A stretch of 49,653 bases of DNA from an uncultured Sulfurimonas sp. GTDB lineage: Bacteria; Campylobacterota; Campylobacteria; Campylobacterales; Sulfurimonadaceae. The DNA lies in the NCBI GenBank assembly GCA_937914675.1, contig CALDOC010000326.1, forward strand, positions 1 to 49,653, given 5' to 3'. Below are positions 9,830 through 20,394 of the stretch, in pieces. Positions within the stretch are counted from its first letter, which is position 1. Every line of letters begins with the position of its first letter. Below the pieces are notes generated by a model that saw only the letters and a program-made list of their open reading frames with translations, had not been told where the DNA came from and did not search any database. The translations under genes were made by a program, and so were the position numbers.

Positions 9830-10702
9830 TTAAGTGGCAATCAATTTTTTGAGAATCGCCATTCTAACGTTCACGCCGTTGCTTACCTGTTCTAAAACCT
9901 TACATCTGGAGTCAGCCAAAAGCGCGTCCGAAATGTCGATGTTTCTATGAACCGGTCCAGGATGAAGTAAAATTATATTCCTATCTCCAACAATCTCTTC
10001 CGTTATGCAAAAATCGCTCGCGTAATCTTTTAGTGAAGCGTAACTTTGAGAAGAGTGTCTTTCCGTTTGCGTTCTTAGACTCATAATCGCGTCGACTTCA
10101 TCGATTATCTCTTTGAGATAGTGCGTCGTTTTGAGGGATGTTTTTGGCAAAAACTGCGGTGGCGCCACTAAAATCACTTCCATTCCAAATCGAGTTAAAA
10201 GTTCTATGTTGGAGTTCGCGACGCGAGAGTTTTTTATATCTCCCACAATGGCTATTTTTTTTCCAACTACGTCTTTAAAATGTTCTTTTAAGGTGTAAAG
10301 GTCGAGAATCGCTTGCGTTGGATGAGAGTGGGCTCCATCTCCCGCGTTGAGTATGCTTGCCTTGGTATGATTGGAAAGTATTTTGGGTACGCCGGCGTTT
10401 TGATGACGAACTATTATGGCGTGAGGACCCATAGCGTCTAAGTTCATCGCCGTGTCGACAAGAGTTTCACCTTTTTTAGTTGAACTTTGAGCGACGTCGA
10501 GATGAACAATGTCAGCCCCCAATCGTTTTGCCGCTATTTCAAAAGAGCTTTTTGTTCTTGTTGAGTTTTCAAAAAAAAGCGTTATTATGATCTTGTCTTG
10601 AAGAACTCTATCATATCGACCGTCACTATACGTTTTTGCGTCTGCCAAAATCTCTTCTATCTCTATTGTGGTAAAATCATCCGTGCGAATTAAATGTTGC
10701 AT
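9830..10702 (-). CDS. pyrB: Aspartate carbamoyltransferase catalytic subunit
   Basis: [39 protein letters not shown]. Confidence 0.96.
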   Translation of the reverse strand: MQHLIRTDDFTTIEIEEILADAKTYSDGRYDRVLQDKIIITLFFENSTRTKSSFEIAAKRLGADIVHLDVAQSSTKKGETLVDTAMNLDAMGPHAIIVRHQNAGVPKILSNHTKASILNAGDGAHSHPTQAILDLYTLKEHFKDVVGKKIAIVGDIKNSRVANSNIELLTRFGMEVILVAPPQFLPKTSLKTTHYLKEIIDEVDAIMSLRTQTERHSSQSYASLKDYASDFCITEEIVGDRNIILLHPGPVHRNIDISDALLADSRCKVLEQVSNGVNVRMAILKKLIAT

Positions 10703-10723
10703 TATTTTCTCTTATGTTTTTGT

Positions 10724-11368
10724 TTATAGATTATACAAGACATCGCATATAACGTCAATGTCATCTTTGGTTTTTAGCACGTCTTTGTTCATTTTTAGAA
10801 AATATGGTTCTGAAACGTTTTTAAAGTCTTCATCTTCTTCTCTGCAATTAAAAGCCGTAGCGTATTTTAAGCCTCTATCTTTTAAAGCTTTTTCACTCAG
10901 GAGCGTGTCGTTAATGCATCCTAAGGAACAGTGAGTCACCAAAAGAGCCGTTGCTTCAAAGTAAGCGATCAAATCTATCATCATATACTCTTCATCAACG
11001 GGAACGTATAAACCGCCAGCGCCTTCCATAATTAAAACGTCACAAATTTTTTCTAATTTTTCTATGGCTGAATTTAAAGCGTTTAAATCAAGAGGAGCGT
11101 TGTTCGAAGCGACAAAAGGCGCTGCGGCGAGTGGGTAAGTTATTGGTGCGATATCTTCTAACAATATCTCTTTAAACTCACTATTTAACTCTTTTAAAGT
11201 TCTTAAAAGCGTCTCCGCGTCAGGCGCGGCGTCTATAACGCCTGTTTCTATGAGCTTAATCGCGCCAACCTTTAAACCACGCGAAGCGTACTCCCGCAAT
11301 AACAATTTACTCGTATGGGTTTTGCCGATGTCAGTGTTTGTCGCCGTTACAAAAATTCTTTTCTTCAT
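10724..11368 (-). CDS. bioD: Dethiobiotin synthase
   Basis: FVTATNTDIGKT, KLIETG, MEGAGGLYVP, LGCINDTLL. Start taken as ATG at 11368 (MKKRIF) rather than the ORF-track 11383. Confidence 0.93.
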   Translation of the reverse strand: MKKRIFVTATNTDIGKTHTSKLLLREYASRGLKVGAIKLIETGVIDAAPDAETLLRTLKELNSEFKEILLEDIAPITYPLAAAPFVASNNAPLDLNALNSAIEKLEKICDVLIMEGAGGLYVPVDEEYMMIDLIAYFEATALLVTHCSLGCINDTLLSEKALKDRGLKYATAFNCREEDEDFKNVSEPYFLKMNKDVLKTKDDIDVICDVLYNL

Positions 11369-11389
11369 ATTATAATTATACAAAATTAA

Positions 11390-11405
11390 TGGTATCTTTA
11401 TTGCT
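11390..11405 (+). promoter_or_regulatory. Putative sigma54 (-24/-12) promoter for pflB
   Basis: TGGTATCTTTATTGCT has GG-N10-GC spacing and matches TGGCAC-N5-TTGCW; it ends about 47 nt upstream of a flagellar motor gene. Confidence 0.6.
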
Positions 11406-11452
11406 TAAACAGTATGATAAGAGTCTAAATTCCTTAGGTTAGGTAGTAAGCT

Positions 11453-13789
11453 GTGGCACAAGAAGAGATTATAATTATCCAAGAGAGTGAAGCGGCGGAC
11501 ATAAACTATGAAGGAGATGAAAAAAATGGCGTGGCGATTGACGACGAAAGAGTCAAAAAGAAAAAGATACTTATCTTTGGTGGCGTCGCCATCGTCCTTA
11601 CTCTTGTCATTGTACTCTCATTGCTTGTCATTATTAAACCCTCTAAAAAAAATCAAAACGCTTCTCTCGATTTTATTGAAGATAAACTAGAAAAAGAGAC
11701 AATCGTTAAAATCGAACCAAGCAAACTAGAAAATATGATTAGAAAAGCAAACTATTTGTACGCAAACGGTTCAAAAAAAGAAGCGCTGTTTTTATATGAA
11801 AAAATAGCCCAATATAGCGAGGCTATATCGCTTTACAATTTAGGCGTCGCGCAACTACAAGATAAACAATATAAAATTGCGCAGCAAACGTTTAACAAAG
11901 CCATAAAAAATGATGAAAAAAGATGCGTCAGCGCAATTAACGCCGCCGTTTGTTCCATTCACTTAAACGATCAAGAAAGTTTTAAATATTATATCGATTT
12001 GGCGTACGCATACCTCCCTCATGAGATCAATTCTCCGTTATACTCATACTATTACACCCTTATAAACTACTATAACCAGAACTATTTAGAAGCGCTAAGC
12101 TCATTAAAAAATTTTACTTCTAAAAATTATCCAGAAGTCCAAAAAAACCTTTTTACAAAGATAAGCGCTCTGTTTGGGAACGACTATGACGCGATAGAAG
12201 CAATGGAGAAAAATAATGAAAACCTAAACAACTTCAGCATTGCTCTCTTGTATGCGAGAGTTGGCGACTACGCCCTAGCGATTAAACATCTTGAAGAAGC
12301 CATACTAAGAAATGAATATCCAGTGAGATCGCAATTAGCGCTTGGACTTGTTAATTTAAAAGCGGGGCATATCGCTGACGCGACCAAAGAAATTAAGAAC
12401 GTTACAGACATGTTTCCAGATAAAGTTTATACTTTTTATCCAATAAAAGTGAGCCTAAAGAAGTCGCTTTTTGACGCTCAAGAAGCGCAAAAAGTATATA
12501 GAGAGAAAATAATAAATACAAAATTATTAAATTATCAAAAAATATTTTATTTTTCTCCCTACAAAATATTTAACGCGAATCAAACCATTAGTTACATTAG
12601 AAAAGGAAACGCAAGCATATACATTGACAACATTCAATCCGCTCAGGAGTATCTTCAAAAAAGCGTTTCATCTTCTCATGTAAACTATGGCATTACAAAA
12701 GCGATAAAAAAAGCCCTCTCGTTTAAAATAAGGGAAGCGAACGAAGAGTTACAAAAATTAGTGGAGATTCAACCCAAACACTCGATTTTACAATACAACC
12801 TTGCGCTGACGTACGCCCAAATGGGATACATGACAAAAGCTCATAAACATTTTTTGCTCTCCTATCATTTAGACGCGAAAAATCATCTTGCTGGAGTGTA
12901 CGCAGTCTTGACTTCTCAACTTGTAAACAAGGAAAACGCGAAACTAAACTCTATCCTCAAAGATTCCATTGCGCTTGAGGAAGAGAGTGAAGAAAAAAGT
13001 TTGTACAAAACGCTACTAAACATATCTGAAAACAACTACTTATCCGCCGTTGATTGGCTAGACAACGGTTACAAGCAAAGACCATTGTATCTAATGCTAA
13101 ACGTGATAATAGCTTCCAAATTAAATAAAATGGATATCGCTAAAGAAGCCGCAAACAAATTAACTCTCCTACTACCTCATGACATTCTTCCCCACATGGT
13201 CTACATAGACGCTAATTTTTATGATTTAAATAGCGTCAAATATGCTGCAAAAGTGTTAAACTACTTAAAAAATCAAAATTTTGATTTCAAGGATCTCTAT
13301 TATGGTCCAAACGTTAGTAGATATTTATACATACAGCAAAATCTAATTACGGGTAAATTGTATTATTTGTCAAAACAGTTGGAACAAACTTTAGAAGCAA
13401 CCAGTGAAGGAACTCAAGAACTCATAAGTTCCCTAGCTATGGTCTATCTCTACGATGAAGAGTTTGAAAAGGCCTATACGTTATACAATTCTCTTATTGA
13501 TGAAATAAAAGTGCGCGATTCGTTTACTCTCTTCCTTGGAGCCGTCGCTTCTACGGCGGCGGGGCATCATGAAAACGCCATAGCTCTTTTAGAATTGTCA
13601 AATATGAAAGATAGAAGTTTTGCCGAGAGTCGTTTTGCGTTGGGGCTTTTGTATTTAGAAATTAAGAATAATGAAGGCGCCGTAATTCAACTAACGCACA
13701 TTGAAAAAGATAATTTTATATCAGAATACTTTGATTTTACAATAGACGCCGATGAGCTTCTTTTTAAGAAGCTTCATCCTAAAAAATAA
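11453..13789 (+). CDS. pflB: Paralysed-flagellum protein PflB (single TM anchor plus TPR array)
   Basis: Acidic N-terminus (EEIII), one TM segment, repeated TPR-like motifs (YNLGVA, YNLALTYA). Size and architecture match Campylobacter PflB. Confidence 0.75.
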   Translation: MAQEEIIIIQESEAADINYEGDEKNGVAIDDERVKKKKILIFGGVAIVLTLVIVLSLLVIIKPSKKNQNASLDFIEDKLEKETIVKIEPSKLENMIRKANYLYANGSKKEALFLYEKIAQYSEAISLYNLGVAQLQDKQYKIAQQTFNKAIKNDEKRCVSAINAAVCSIHLNDQESFKYYIDLAYAYLPHEINSPLYSYYYTLINYYNQNYLEALSSLKNFTSKNYPEVQKNLFTKISALFGNDYDAIEAMEKNNENLNNFSIALLYARVGDYALAIKHLEEAILRNEYPVRSQLALGLVNLKAGHIADATKEIKNVTDMFPDKVYTFYPIKVSLKKSLFDAQEAQKVYREKIINTKLLNYQKIFYFSPYKIFNANQTISYIRKGNASIYIDNIQSAQEYLQKSVSSSHVNYGITKAIKKALSFKIREANEELQKLVEIQPKHSILQYNLALTYAQMGYMTKAHKHFLLSYHLDAKNHLAGVYAVLTSQLVNKENAKLNSILKDSIALEEESEEKSLYKTLLNISENNYLSAVDWLDNGYKQRPLYLMLNVIIASKLNKMDIAKEAANKLTLLLPHDILPHMVYIDANFYDLNSVKYAAKVLNYLKNQNFDFKDLYYGPNVSRYLYIQQNLITGKLYYLSKQLEQTLEATSEGTQELISSLAMVYLYDEEFEKAYTLYNSLIDEIKVRDSFTLFLGAVASTAAGHHENAIALLELSNMKDRSFAESRFALGLLYLEIKNNEGAVIQLTHIEKDNFISEYFDFTIDADELLFKKLHPKK

Positions 13790-13791
13790 GA

Positions 13792-14433
13792 TTATGGAAG
13801 AGAGATAAAGTAGCCCAACAATGATTCAGACGCGATTAGTTTATCGCCAAGGTTTACGTTTAATCTAAAATTGCGTGGAATGTAAATCTCAGTGACGCCA
13901 TTTGGCAAAACGCCATATCTAGCCGCCTTTCTAAGAGTTTGAGATTTTTTTACGTTCACTTCGAACGATAGAAGGCTTTGAGTTAAAACATGTCTAACTT
14001 TTAGAAAATTTGAAGGAGTGGCACTAAAGGTAAGCTCAATATTTTCATTTAAAACTTTAAAAATAGAACTTTTTTCCGAAAGCCTTGCCCCTTTTTTAAC
14101 AGTTACTTCACTCAAAGTGGAATCAAAAGGAACCCTTAAAACCGAAACGTTAAGACAACCGCTCTCAACCGCTATTTTATACCCATAGCGTTCATCTTTT
14201 ATCTCTTGTATCGAAGCCACGACTCCATCAACTGGGGACAAAACGCTATTTGGCTCAAAAATTACAACTTCCCTCTCAGGATTTCTATATATAAACATGA
14301 AAACAAAAACTAAGATAGCGGACGTTAAGGCCAAAAATTCAAAATCAAAAGCCCAAAATATCATAAAAGCGGCTATAGAGTAGAGTATGTAACGAAAGCC
14401 TTCATAAGCAATTGGCAAAAGATTACTTTTCAT
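13792..14433 (-). CDS. Phosphatidylserine decarboxylase-related protein, probably catalytically inactive
   Basis: N-terminal TM segments, YRNPER, SPVDG; conserved position after ftsH. Start refined to ATG at 14433. Lacks the GS self-cleavage motif. Confidence 0.75.
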   Translation of the reverse strand: MKSNLLPIAYEGFRYILYSIAAFMIFWAFDFEFLALTSAILVFVFMFIYRNPEREVVIFEPNSVLSPVDGVVASIQEIKDERYGYKIAVESGCLNVSVLRVPFDSTLSEVTVKKGARLSEKSSIFKVLNENIELTFSATPSNFLKVRHVLTQSLLSFEVNVKKSQTLRKAARYGVLPNGVTEIYIPRNFRLNVNLGDKLIASESLLGYFISLP

Positions 14434-16378
14434 TACTCTTCTCATGTTTTGACATTGTAGCGTCAGCTTTAAGCTCTTCTTCAATCTCGTTAATCACCTT
14501 GTCAACCTTGGATTCCATAGAGTTCTCTTTTTCAAAGTTTATGATTATTTCTCTTACTTCTTCCCCCGTTATGTTCTCTTTTTTATAAAGGAGTTCAACC
14601 ATCTCTTCAATGGCGCCTTTATACTCTTCGAGTCTTGCGAGTACTTCTTCATAATGCTCTGAAAGAGACGTTTTAATATAATCATCCATCTTCTCGGCCA
14701 TCTTATCGCTATACTCTCGAGTGGCTTGTTGTCCTCCGCCTAGGAATGAATGACGCGATTTTTCTAAAACCATTAAGCCCGCTATATCGCTCATTCCGTA
14801 AGTTTGAACCATCGATTTAATGATTTCGGTAGCGCGCTCTAAATCATTTCCCGCACCCGTAGAAATTTCGCCTATAAAAACTTGTTCAGCCGCTCGACCA
14901 GCGAGCAACACGTCCACTTCAGCCCAAAGTTCGTGTTTTTGCATCATAAACTTATCTTCTTCTGGTTTGTTAAGAGTGTATCCCAAAGCGGCAAGTCCAC
15001 GAGGTACGATGGAAACTTTAGAAACTTTTTTAGCTCCAACCGTCGTTTCCGCTAAAAGAGCGTGACCACTTTCATGATACGCGACGATTTTTTTCTCTTT
15101 TGGATTTATTCTACGAGATTTTTTGGCAAGTCCGGCTATCGCGCGTTCCACCGACTCAAACAAATCTTTTTGCTTAACGGTTTTTTGACTTTTTCTACCG
15201 GCTAAAAGAGCGGCTTCGTTGATAATATTCGCTAAATCCGCTCCAGCCAATCCCGCCGTTAAGCGAGCGATCTCTTCTATCTCAACGTCTTTATCCATCT
15301 TCACGTTTTTCATGTGAACGTTTAGAATTTTCACGCGACCCTCAAAATCTGGTTTGTCGACTAGCACTTGTCTGTCAAAACGACCAGGTCTTAAAAGAGC
15401 GGCGTCAAGAACTTCAGGTCTATTTGTAGCCGCTAAAACGATTACTGGAACGTCCGTTCCAAAACCGTCCATTTCAGCCAGAAGTTGATTCAACGTCTGT
15501 TCTCTCTCATCGTTTCCACCCATGACTCCACCGGCGGCGCGACTTTTTCCAATGGCGTCTATCTCGTCTATAAAGATAATGCTTGGAGCGTCTTTTTTCG
15601 CTTGTTCAAACAGATCTCTAACGCGAGCCGCCCCAACGCCAACAAACATCTCAATAAAACTAGAGCCGCTTACTGAAAAAAATGGAACTTCCGCTTCGCC
15701 CGCGACCGCTTTGGCGAGAAGAGTTTTACCTGTACCCGGAGAACCAACGAGAAGAACGCCCTTAGGTATTTTCGCGCCAATTTCTACGTATCGACCAGGA
15801 TATTTTAAAAAGTCGACTATCTCTTGAACTTCTTCTTTAGCCTCTTCGACTCCCGCCACGTCATCAAACTTAGTCTCAGGTTTTTCTGAATTGACCATCT
15901 TTTTTGAGTTGCCCATGCCAAGAAGTCCACCGCCCATGTTTTTTTGCATGCGTCCGGCAAAGAACATCCAAATCCCAATGATAATCAAAAATGGAAATAA
16001 CCATCCGAACATTTCAGTAAACCAATTGGTTTCACTAAAGCCTGCGTATTCAATGCCTTGTTTGTCCAATTGTTCAACAAGAGCGGTGTCGCCTCTCACT
16101 ATTCTTGTCGTGTAGATTTGCGATCCATCGGAGGATTTTGCTTTAATGTAACTTTGTCCGATTTCCACTTTACTCACGCTTTTAGACTCTACCAAAGATT
16201 TAAGCTCGGAGTAGCTAACTTGTTTTGTTCTTGTATTGGCTCCAGTAATGGCATTGTTGGCTCCATCGCCATCGCCTACAACAACTTTAAAAAGCAAAAT
16301 CACCACTACCGAAAATACGGCAAACGTGATTAATGGATTTTTGTTAAAAAAATTATCGTCGTTATCTTTTTTTGCCAT
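14423..16378 (-). CDS. ftsH: ATP-dependent zinc metalloprotease FtsH
   Basis: Two TM segments, [42 protein letters not shown]. Confidence 0.98.
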   Translation of the reverse strand: MAKKDNDDNFFNKNPLITFAVFSVVVILLFKVVVGDGDGANNAITGANTRTKQVSYSELKSLVESKSVSKVEIGQSYIKAKSSDGSQIYTTRIVRGDTALVEQLDKQGIEYAGFSETNWFTEMFGWLFPFLIIIGIWMFFAGRMQKNMGGGLLGMGNSKKMVNSEKPETKFDDVAGVEEAKEEVQEIVDFLKYPGRYVEIGAKIPKGVLLVGSPGTGKTLLAKAVAGEAEVPFFSVSGSSFIEMFVGVGAARVRDLFEQAKKDAPSIIFIDEIDAIGKSRAAGGVMGGNDEREQTLNQLLAEMDGFGTDVPVIVLAATNRPEVLDAALLRPGRFDRQVLVDKPDFEGRVKILNVHMKNVKMDKDVEIEEIARLTAGLAGADLANIINEAALLAGRKSQKTVKQKDLFESVERAIAGLAKKSRRINPKEKKIVAYHESGHALLAETTVGAKKVSKVSIVPRGLAALGYTLNKPEEDKFMMQKHELWAEVDVLLAGRAAEQVFIGEISTGAGNDLERATEIIKSMVQTYGMSDIAGLMVLEKSRHSFLGGGQQATREYSDKMAEKMDDYIKTSLSEHYEEVLARLEEYKGAIEEMVELLYKKENITGEEVREIIINFEKENSMESKVDKVINEIEEELKADATMSKHEKSNEK

Positions 16379-17212
16379 TTATATCTCTTTTTTCTTTAGT
16401 ACTAAAGTAACCCACTCTTCTTGTGGTATTCTTTGCAATATTTCTAAATCTTTATAGTATGATAAAACTTTTGGTTCGTATTTGTTAAGTATTCCAGATA
16501 AAACCAATATGCCGTTTTCATCCATCGCTTTTTTTAAATCTTTTGCTATAAAAGTCAATACGTCCGCGACTATATTCGCGACAATCACGTTGTATTTATC
16601 CAAAGAAAGAGCGGAAGAACCTTCCCAAATTTTTGAGAACTCTAAACTATTTAGTTTTGCGTTTAAAATACTATTCGTAACTGAAATAGGATCTGTGTCG
16701 CAAGCGTCGACAACCGCGCCTAGTTTCATCGCGGCTATGCCCAATATGCCACTTCCACAACCCACGTCTAGAACTTTGTCATCAGCTTTGACGTAAGAGG
16801 AGATAGCCTTGAGACATGAGGCTGTCGTTGGGTGATGGCCTGTTCCAAAGGCTAACGCGGGGTCAATAATAATATTAATTAAATCAGGATTTGATTCATT
16901 CCAAGTTGGATGAACGTAAAATTTATCGATCGCTATTGGTTCAACGCTTTTTTGATAGTTATCCACCCAGTCACTACTTTTGAGCTTTTTCTGAGTACAT
17001 TCTAGTTCTATGGTTACTCCAAGCGCTTTTTGAAGAGCTTCACTGAACTGTTCAAGTCCCCAGACGATTGTGTCTAAAGAGTCTTCGCTTCTTACTATGA
17101 AACCATCGTCTATCTCTTCAAAACCAACTGGCAAAGTATCTGATAAAAAATCTGAAAAAAGCGCATAATGAGATGAAACTTTAACTACCAATTCAAAGTA
17201 GTACTCCTGCAT
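16379..17212 (-). CDS. prmA: Ribosomal protein L11 methyltransferase
   Basis: IDPALAFGTGHHPTT, VLDVGCGSGIL, VANI, LSGI. Confidence 0.96.
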   Translation of the reverse strand: MQEYYFELVVKVSSHYALFSDFLSDTLPVGFEEIDDGFIVRSEDSLDTIVWGLEQFSEALQKALGVTIELECTQKKLKSSDWVDNYQKSVEPIAIDKFYVHPTWNESNPDLINIIIDPALAFGTGHHPTTASCLKAISSYVKADDKVLDVGCGSGILGIAAMKLGAVVDACDTDPISVTNSILNAKLNSLEFSKIWEGSSALSLDKYNVIVANIVADVLTFIAKDLKKAMDENGILVLSGILNKYEPKVLSYYKDLEILQRIPQEEWVTLVLKKKEI

Positions 17213-17215
17213 AAC

Positions 17216-17587
17216 TTAAGAAACACCCATTACGGCGCCAAGTTTTTCTTTAAGCACTTGTGGGGTAAACGGTTTAACAATGTAATTGTTTACGCCAGCT
17301 TTGAGCGCCGTTATCACTTCAGCTTTTCCACCTTCGGTAGTTACCATAATGATGGGAGTGTCTTTAAAACGCGCGTCGGCGCGAACTTTTTTCACAAGTT
17401 CAAGACCATTCATTTCAGGCATGTTCCAATCAGTAATCAACATATCTATATCTGGATTTTGATCCATTTGAGCCCAACCCTCAACGCCATCGGCACCTTC
17501 AAGTATATCTTTATATCCAAGACGAGACAACGTGTTTTTTATAATTCGACGCATAGTGGAACTGTCATCAACAACAAGTAATTTCAA
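17216..17587 (-). CDS. cheY: Chemotaxis response regulator CheY (TTG start)
   Basis: VVDDSSTMRRI, TDWNMPEMNG, VTTE, YIVKPF; cheY-prmA-ftsH synteny is typical of Campylobacterota. Confidence 0.95.
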   Translation of the reverse strand: MKLLVVDDSSTMRRIIKNTLSRLGYKDILEGADGVEGWAQMDQNPDIDMLITDWNMPEMNGLELVKKVRADARFKDTPIIMVTTEGGKAEVITALKAGVNNYIVKPFTPQVLKEKLGAVMGVS

Positions 17588-17659
17588 TTGAAATCCTTTT
17601 CTTTATATATTTTACAAATTTAATAACGATATAGTATCAAAAATTTGTTTATTTATCTA

Positions 17660-18370
17660 TTAATTAAGTAGCTTAAACATCTTTGCAAGGTCTAGCTTAC
17701 CTTCATAATAAGCCTTGCCTATGATAACTCCATCTATTTCATTTGTAGCGATAAGAGCTTCAATGTCACTCTCATCTTTAACTCCGCCACTCGCAATTGT
17801 ACTCAAGCCGCTCGCTCTGGCTATCTCCAAAGTAAAATCAACGTTAACTCCGCTTAAAGTTCCATCCTTGCCAACGTCGGTACAGATGATGGCTTCCACT
17901 CCTGCACTCGCGAATTCACGAGCCAAATCAGTCGCCTTCATAGAGCTTACTTCTCCCCATCCCTCAACCGCTACGTATCCATCTATCGCGTCTATGCCTA
18001 CCGCTATTGGATATTTAGACGCCATATCTTTTACAAATTTTGGGTCTTTCACAGCGATTGAACCCAATATAATTCTATCTATGCCTATTTCAAGCATTTT
18101 TTGAATGGTTTTTTCATCTCTAATTCCACCGCCTAGCTCTAGTTTAACGTTGCAATTTTCTCTAATTTTGACTATTTGTTCCAAATTTTTCGGCTCACCC
18201 GCGAAGGCGCCGTTCAAATCCACCAAATGAACCCACTCCGCGCCCATCTCTTCAAACTTTTTCACCAAACTCCATGGTTCGTCCGAGTAAATTTTCGCGC
18301 TATCCATCAGGCCTTTCGTAAGTCTAACCGCTTTTCCATCTTTTAAATCTATCGCTGGGTATAAAGTCAT
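17660..18370 (-). CDS. hisA: ProFAR isomerase
   Basis: [41 protein letters not shown]. Confidence 0.96.
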   Translation of the reverse strand: MTLYPAIDLKDGKAVRLTKGLMDSAKIYSDEPWSLVKKFEEMGAEWVHLVDLNGAFAGEPKNLEQIVKIRENCNVKLELGGGIRDEKTIQKMLEIGIDRIILGSIAVKDPKFVKDMASKYPIAVGIDAIDGYVAVEGWGEVSSMKATDLAREFASAGVEAIICTDVGKDGTLSGVNVDFTLEIARASGLSTIASGGVKDESDIEALIATNEIDGVIIGKAYYEGKLDLAKMFKLLN

Positions 18371-18383
18371 CTAAATATATTCC

Positions 18384-18995
18384 TTATAAGTTAATGAAAT
18401 TTTTAAGTATTTTAAGTCCATTGTCATGGCTTTTTTCAGGATGAGGCTGAATGCCCATTATGTTGTCATGAGCCACCGCGGACGCAAATTCATAACCGTA
18501 ATTGGTTCTGCCTATCACGTCCTCTTCATTCGCGCAATTTACATGGTACGTGTGCACAAAATAAAGGTAATGTTCCTCGTCCAACTCTTTAAACAAAGGG
18601 TGATCGCTAGTGAACATCCTGTTCCATCCCATATGAGGAACTTTTAAAGGCTCGCTAAAGCGACTCTCGTCAAAGGCTTTTACGCTTCCTTTTATAAGTC
18701 CCAATCCTTCATGAAAACCAAACTCTTCACTACTCTCAAAAAGAAGTTGCATTCCAAGACATATGCCCAAGATAAATTTTCCGCTTGCCGCGTATTCTCT
18801 CAAAGGCTCTATCATGTCGCGCTCTCTCAAATGCTCCATGGCGTCGCCAAAAGCGCCAACTCCAGGTAAAATAAGTTTGTCGTACTCTTTAAATTTACTT
18901 GGATCGCTCTCGACTACCGTAGCCTTGCCTAATTTGGCGAACGCGTTTTTTACGCTCGCTAGATTGCCCATGTTATAATCAACTATCGCTATCAT
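18384..18995 (-). CDS. hisH: Imidazole glycerol phosphate synthase glutaminase subunit
   Basis: DYNMGNL, LPGVGAF, GICLGMQ, PHMGWN, QPHPEKS. Confidence 0.96.
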   Translation of the reverse strand: MIAIVDYNMGNLASVKNAFAKLGKATVVESDPSKFKEYDKLILPGVGAFGDAMEHLRERDMIEPLREYAASGKFILGICLGMQLLFESSEEFGFHEGLGLIKGSVKAFDESRFSEPLKVPHMGWNRMFTSDHPLFKELDEEHYLYFVHTYHVNCANEEDVIGRTNYGYEFASAVAHDNIMGIQPHPEKSHDNGLKILKNFINL

Positions 18996-19888
18996 TTGTC
19001 AACTTCGCTCTTCGTAAATTTTATATAAACCGCTAAACCAATCAACAACATGGCGACGCCCGCGATGATGTACATGGCGTAAATCAACTCGCTTGGGTTG
19101 CTGATGGCGAACTTAAACACCAGCATCAAGGCTTCAATGGACAAGGCTATGATAATCGAACCCAAAAATTTCACCATCGTTTTGTGCGGACCCGATATGT
19201 GGCTGTCCTTGCTCCATCCGAGAACTTCTTCCTCCACCAGCGTTTTTGACAAGTCAAATATCGCGAGAGCCAAAGTGAGCAAAATCGTGGCTTCAAAAAC
19301 ATATTTGATTTTAAAGTTGTCTGGAGTTATCTCATTTTGAAAGAAACTTTCCGCTCCCTTCACGAACAATAGCAAAGCCACCGCCATTAACGAAAACGCG
19401 AAGAGGGCGTAAGAGGATTTGAAAAAATATTTGAAAAAGAGTTCCAACCTATCCAAATGAGATATTTTGACAACTTCTTCAAGCGGCATATCCAAACAGG
19501 CCACAAACTGTAACTCGCCATCTTTGCCAAATATGGCTTGAGACGCAGTTACGCATACGCCGCCAGATTCGGAGGGATAAGGATCCGTAATGTTGCATTT
19601 CACGTCTCTTATCGCGCGATAATAATACGCTTTGGCGCTTCTGTCCGAGCCTATTCCCTTGGTCTTCTCTTTTGCCGTGTAAGTATCCGTAATCTGAATG
19701 CCGCTTTCGTCAAGGACGTAAACGCCATCACAACCCTTTATCTGTGATTTAATCTGTATGAGATTGCTCAACAACTGCTCTTTGCTCAATGGTTTGTTGA
19801 TGGGGATGTTTTTAGAGAACAAATTGCAAAAATAAGCTTTCGCCTTGTCGCGTCCATCTAAAAAACTTTGCATATCCGTATTTGCCAT
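18992..19888 (-). CDS. pglG: PglG-like protein: N-terminal Cache/PDC domain plus 4-TM C-terminus
   Basis: DRS.KAYYYRA, TDPYPS, CVTAS (Cache-like), then LALAIFDL.KTL.E.EVLG and FLGSIIIALSIEALMLVFK, which match Campylobacter PglG as recalled. Lies near cheY, as in C. jejuni. Confidence 0.7.
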   Translation of the reverse strand: MANTDMQSFLDGRDKAKAYFCNLFSKNIPINKPLSKEQLLSNLIQIKSQIKGCDGVYVLDESGIQITDTYTAKEKTKGIGSDRSAKAYYYRAIRDVKCNITDPYPSESGGVCVTASQAIFGKDGELQFVACLDMPLEEVVKISHLDRLELFFKYFFKSSYALFAFSLMAVALLLFVKGAESFFQNEITPDNFKIKYVFEATILLTLALAIFDLSKTLVEEEVLGWSKDSHISGPHKTMVKFLGSIIIALSIEALMLVFKFAISNPSELIYAMYIIAGVAMLLIGLAVYIKFTKSEVDK

Positions 19889-19890
19889 AC

Positions 19891-20394
19891 TTAATTTCCT
19901 TGTTTGCTGTTTATGTTTTCTGAACTTTCCGTCTCATGTTCGAGATTGCCGTTTTCAATGTTTTGCGTCACGCTGGAGCCAAAAACTTTTCTCACTATGG
20001 ACTTAAAACCTTTTTCACTCTCTGAGTACGCTTTTTCGGCTTCTTGAAGCGAAATTTCCCACGCGCCGGAAAAACCGGGAGCCTTCAACATCATTTTTCT
20101 CAAAGTTGAATCATAAATATTTAAAAGTTTAAGCTCTGCGCGACCAGGTTTTTGACTCAATGATTGCACTGAAATCCTAAGGTTTTCATTTTCGGATCTA
20201 AGATCATACAACTCTCTTTCTAAATTTTTGTTGCCCTCGCTAGTGATTTCCATCTGACGGTTTAAATGTTCTTTATACTCTTTTAACTCTTTTTTATAAG
20301 CGGCTACTTCAAATCTAGACTTTATAAAACTCAAAAACCAACCAACGCCAACCCCAACAATAACATATAAAATCGTCTGAAAACTCAACTCCAT
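19891..20394 (-). CDS. Hypothetical protein, N-terminal TM anchor plus coiled coil
   Basis: 167-aa ORF with AAAGGAG RBS, one hydrophobic helix and a heptad-rich region. Confidence 0.75.
   Translation of the reverse strand: MELSFQTILYVIVGVGVGWFLSFIKSRFEVAAYKKELKEYKEHLNRQMEITSEGNKNLERELYDLRSENENLRISVQSLSQKPGRAELKLLNIYDSTLRKMMLKAPGFSGAWEISLQEAEKAYSESEKGFKSIVRKVFGSSVTQNIENGNLEHETESSENINSKQGN

Noticed and set aside
13787-13794. Convergent stops of pflB and the Psd-like gene 2 bp apart with no visible terminator
   Set aside because: Common in compact Campylobacterota genomes; the sequence gives no evidence for antisense regulation.
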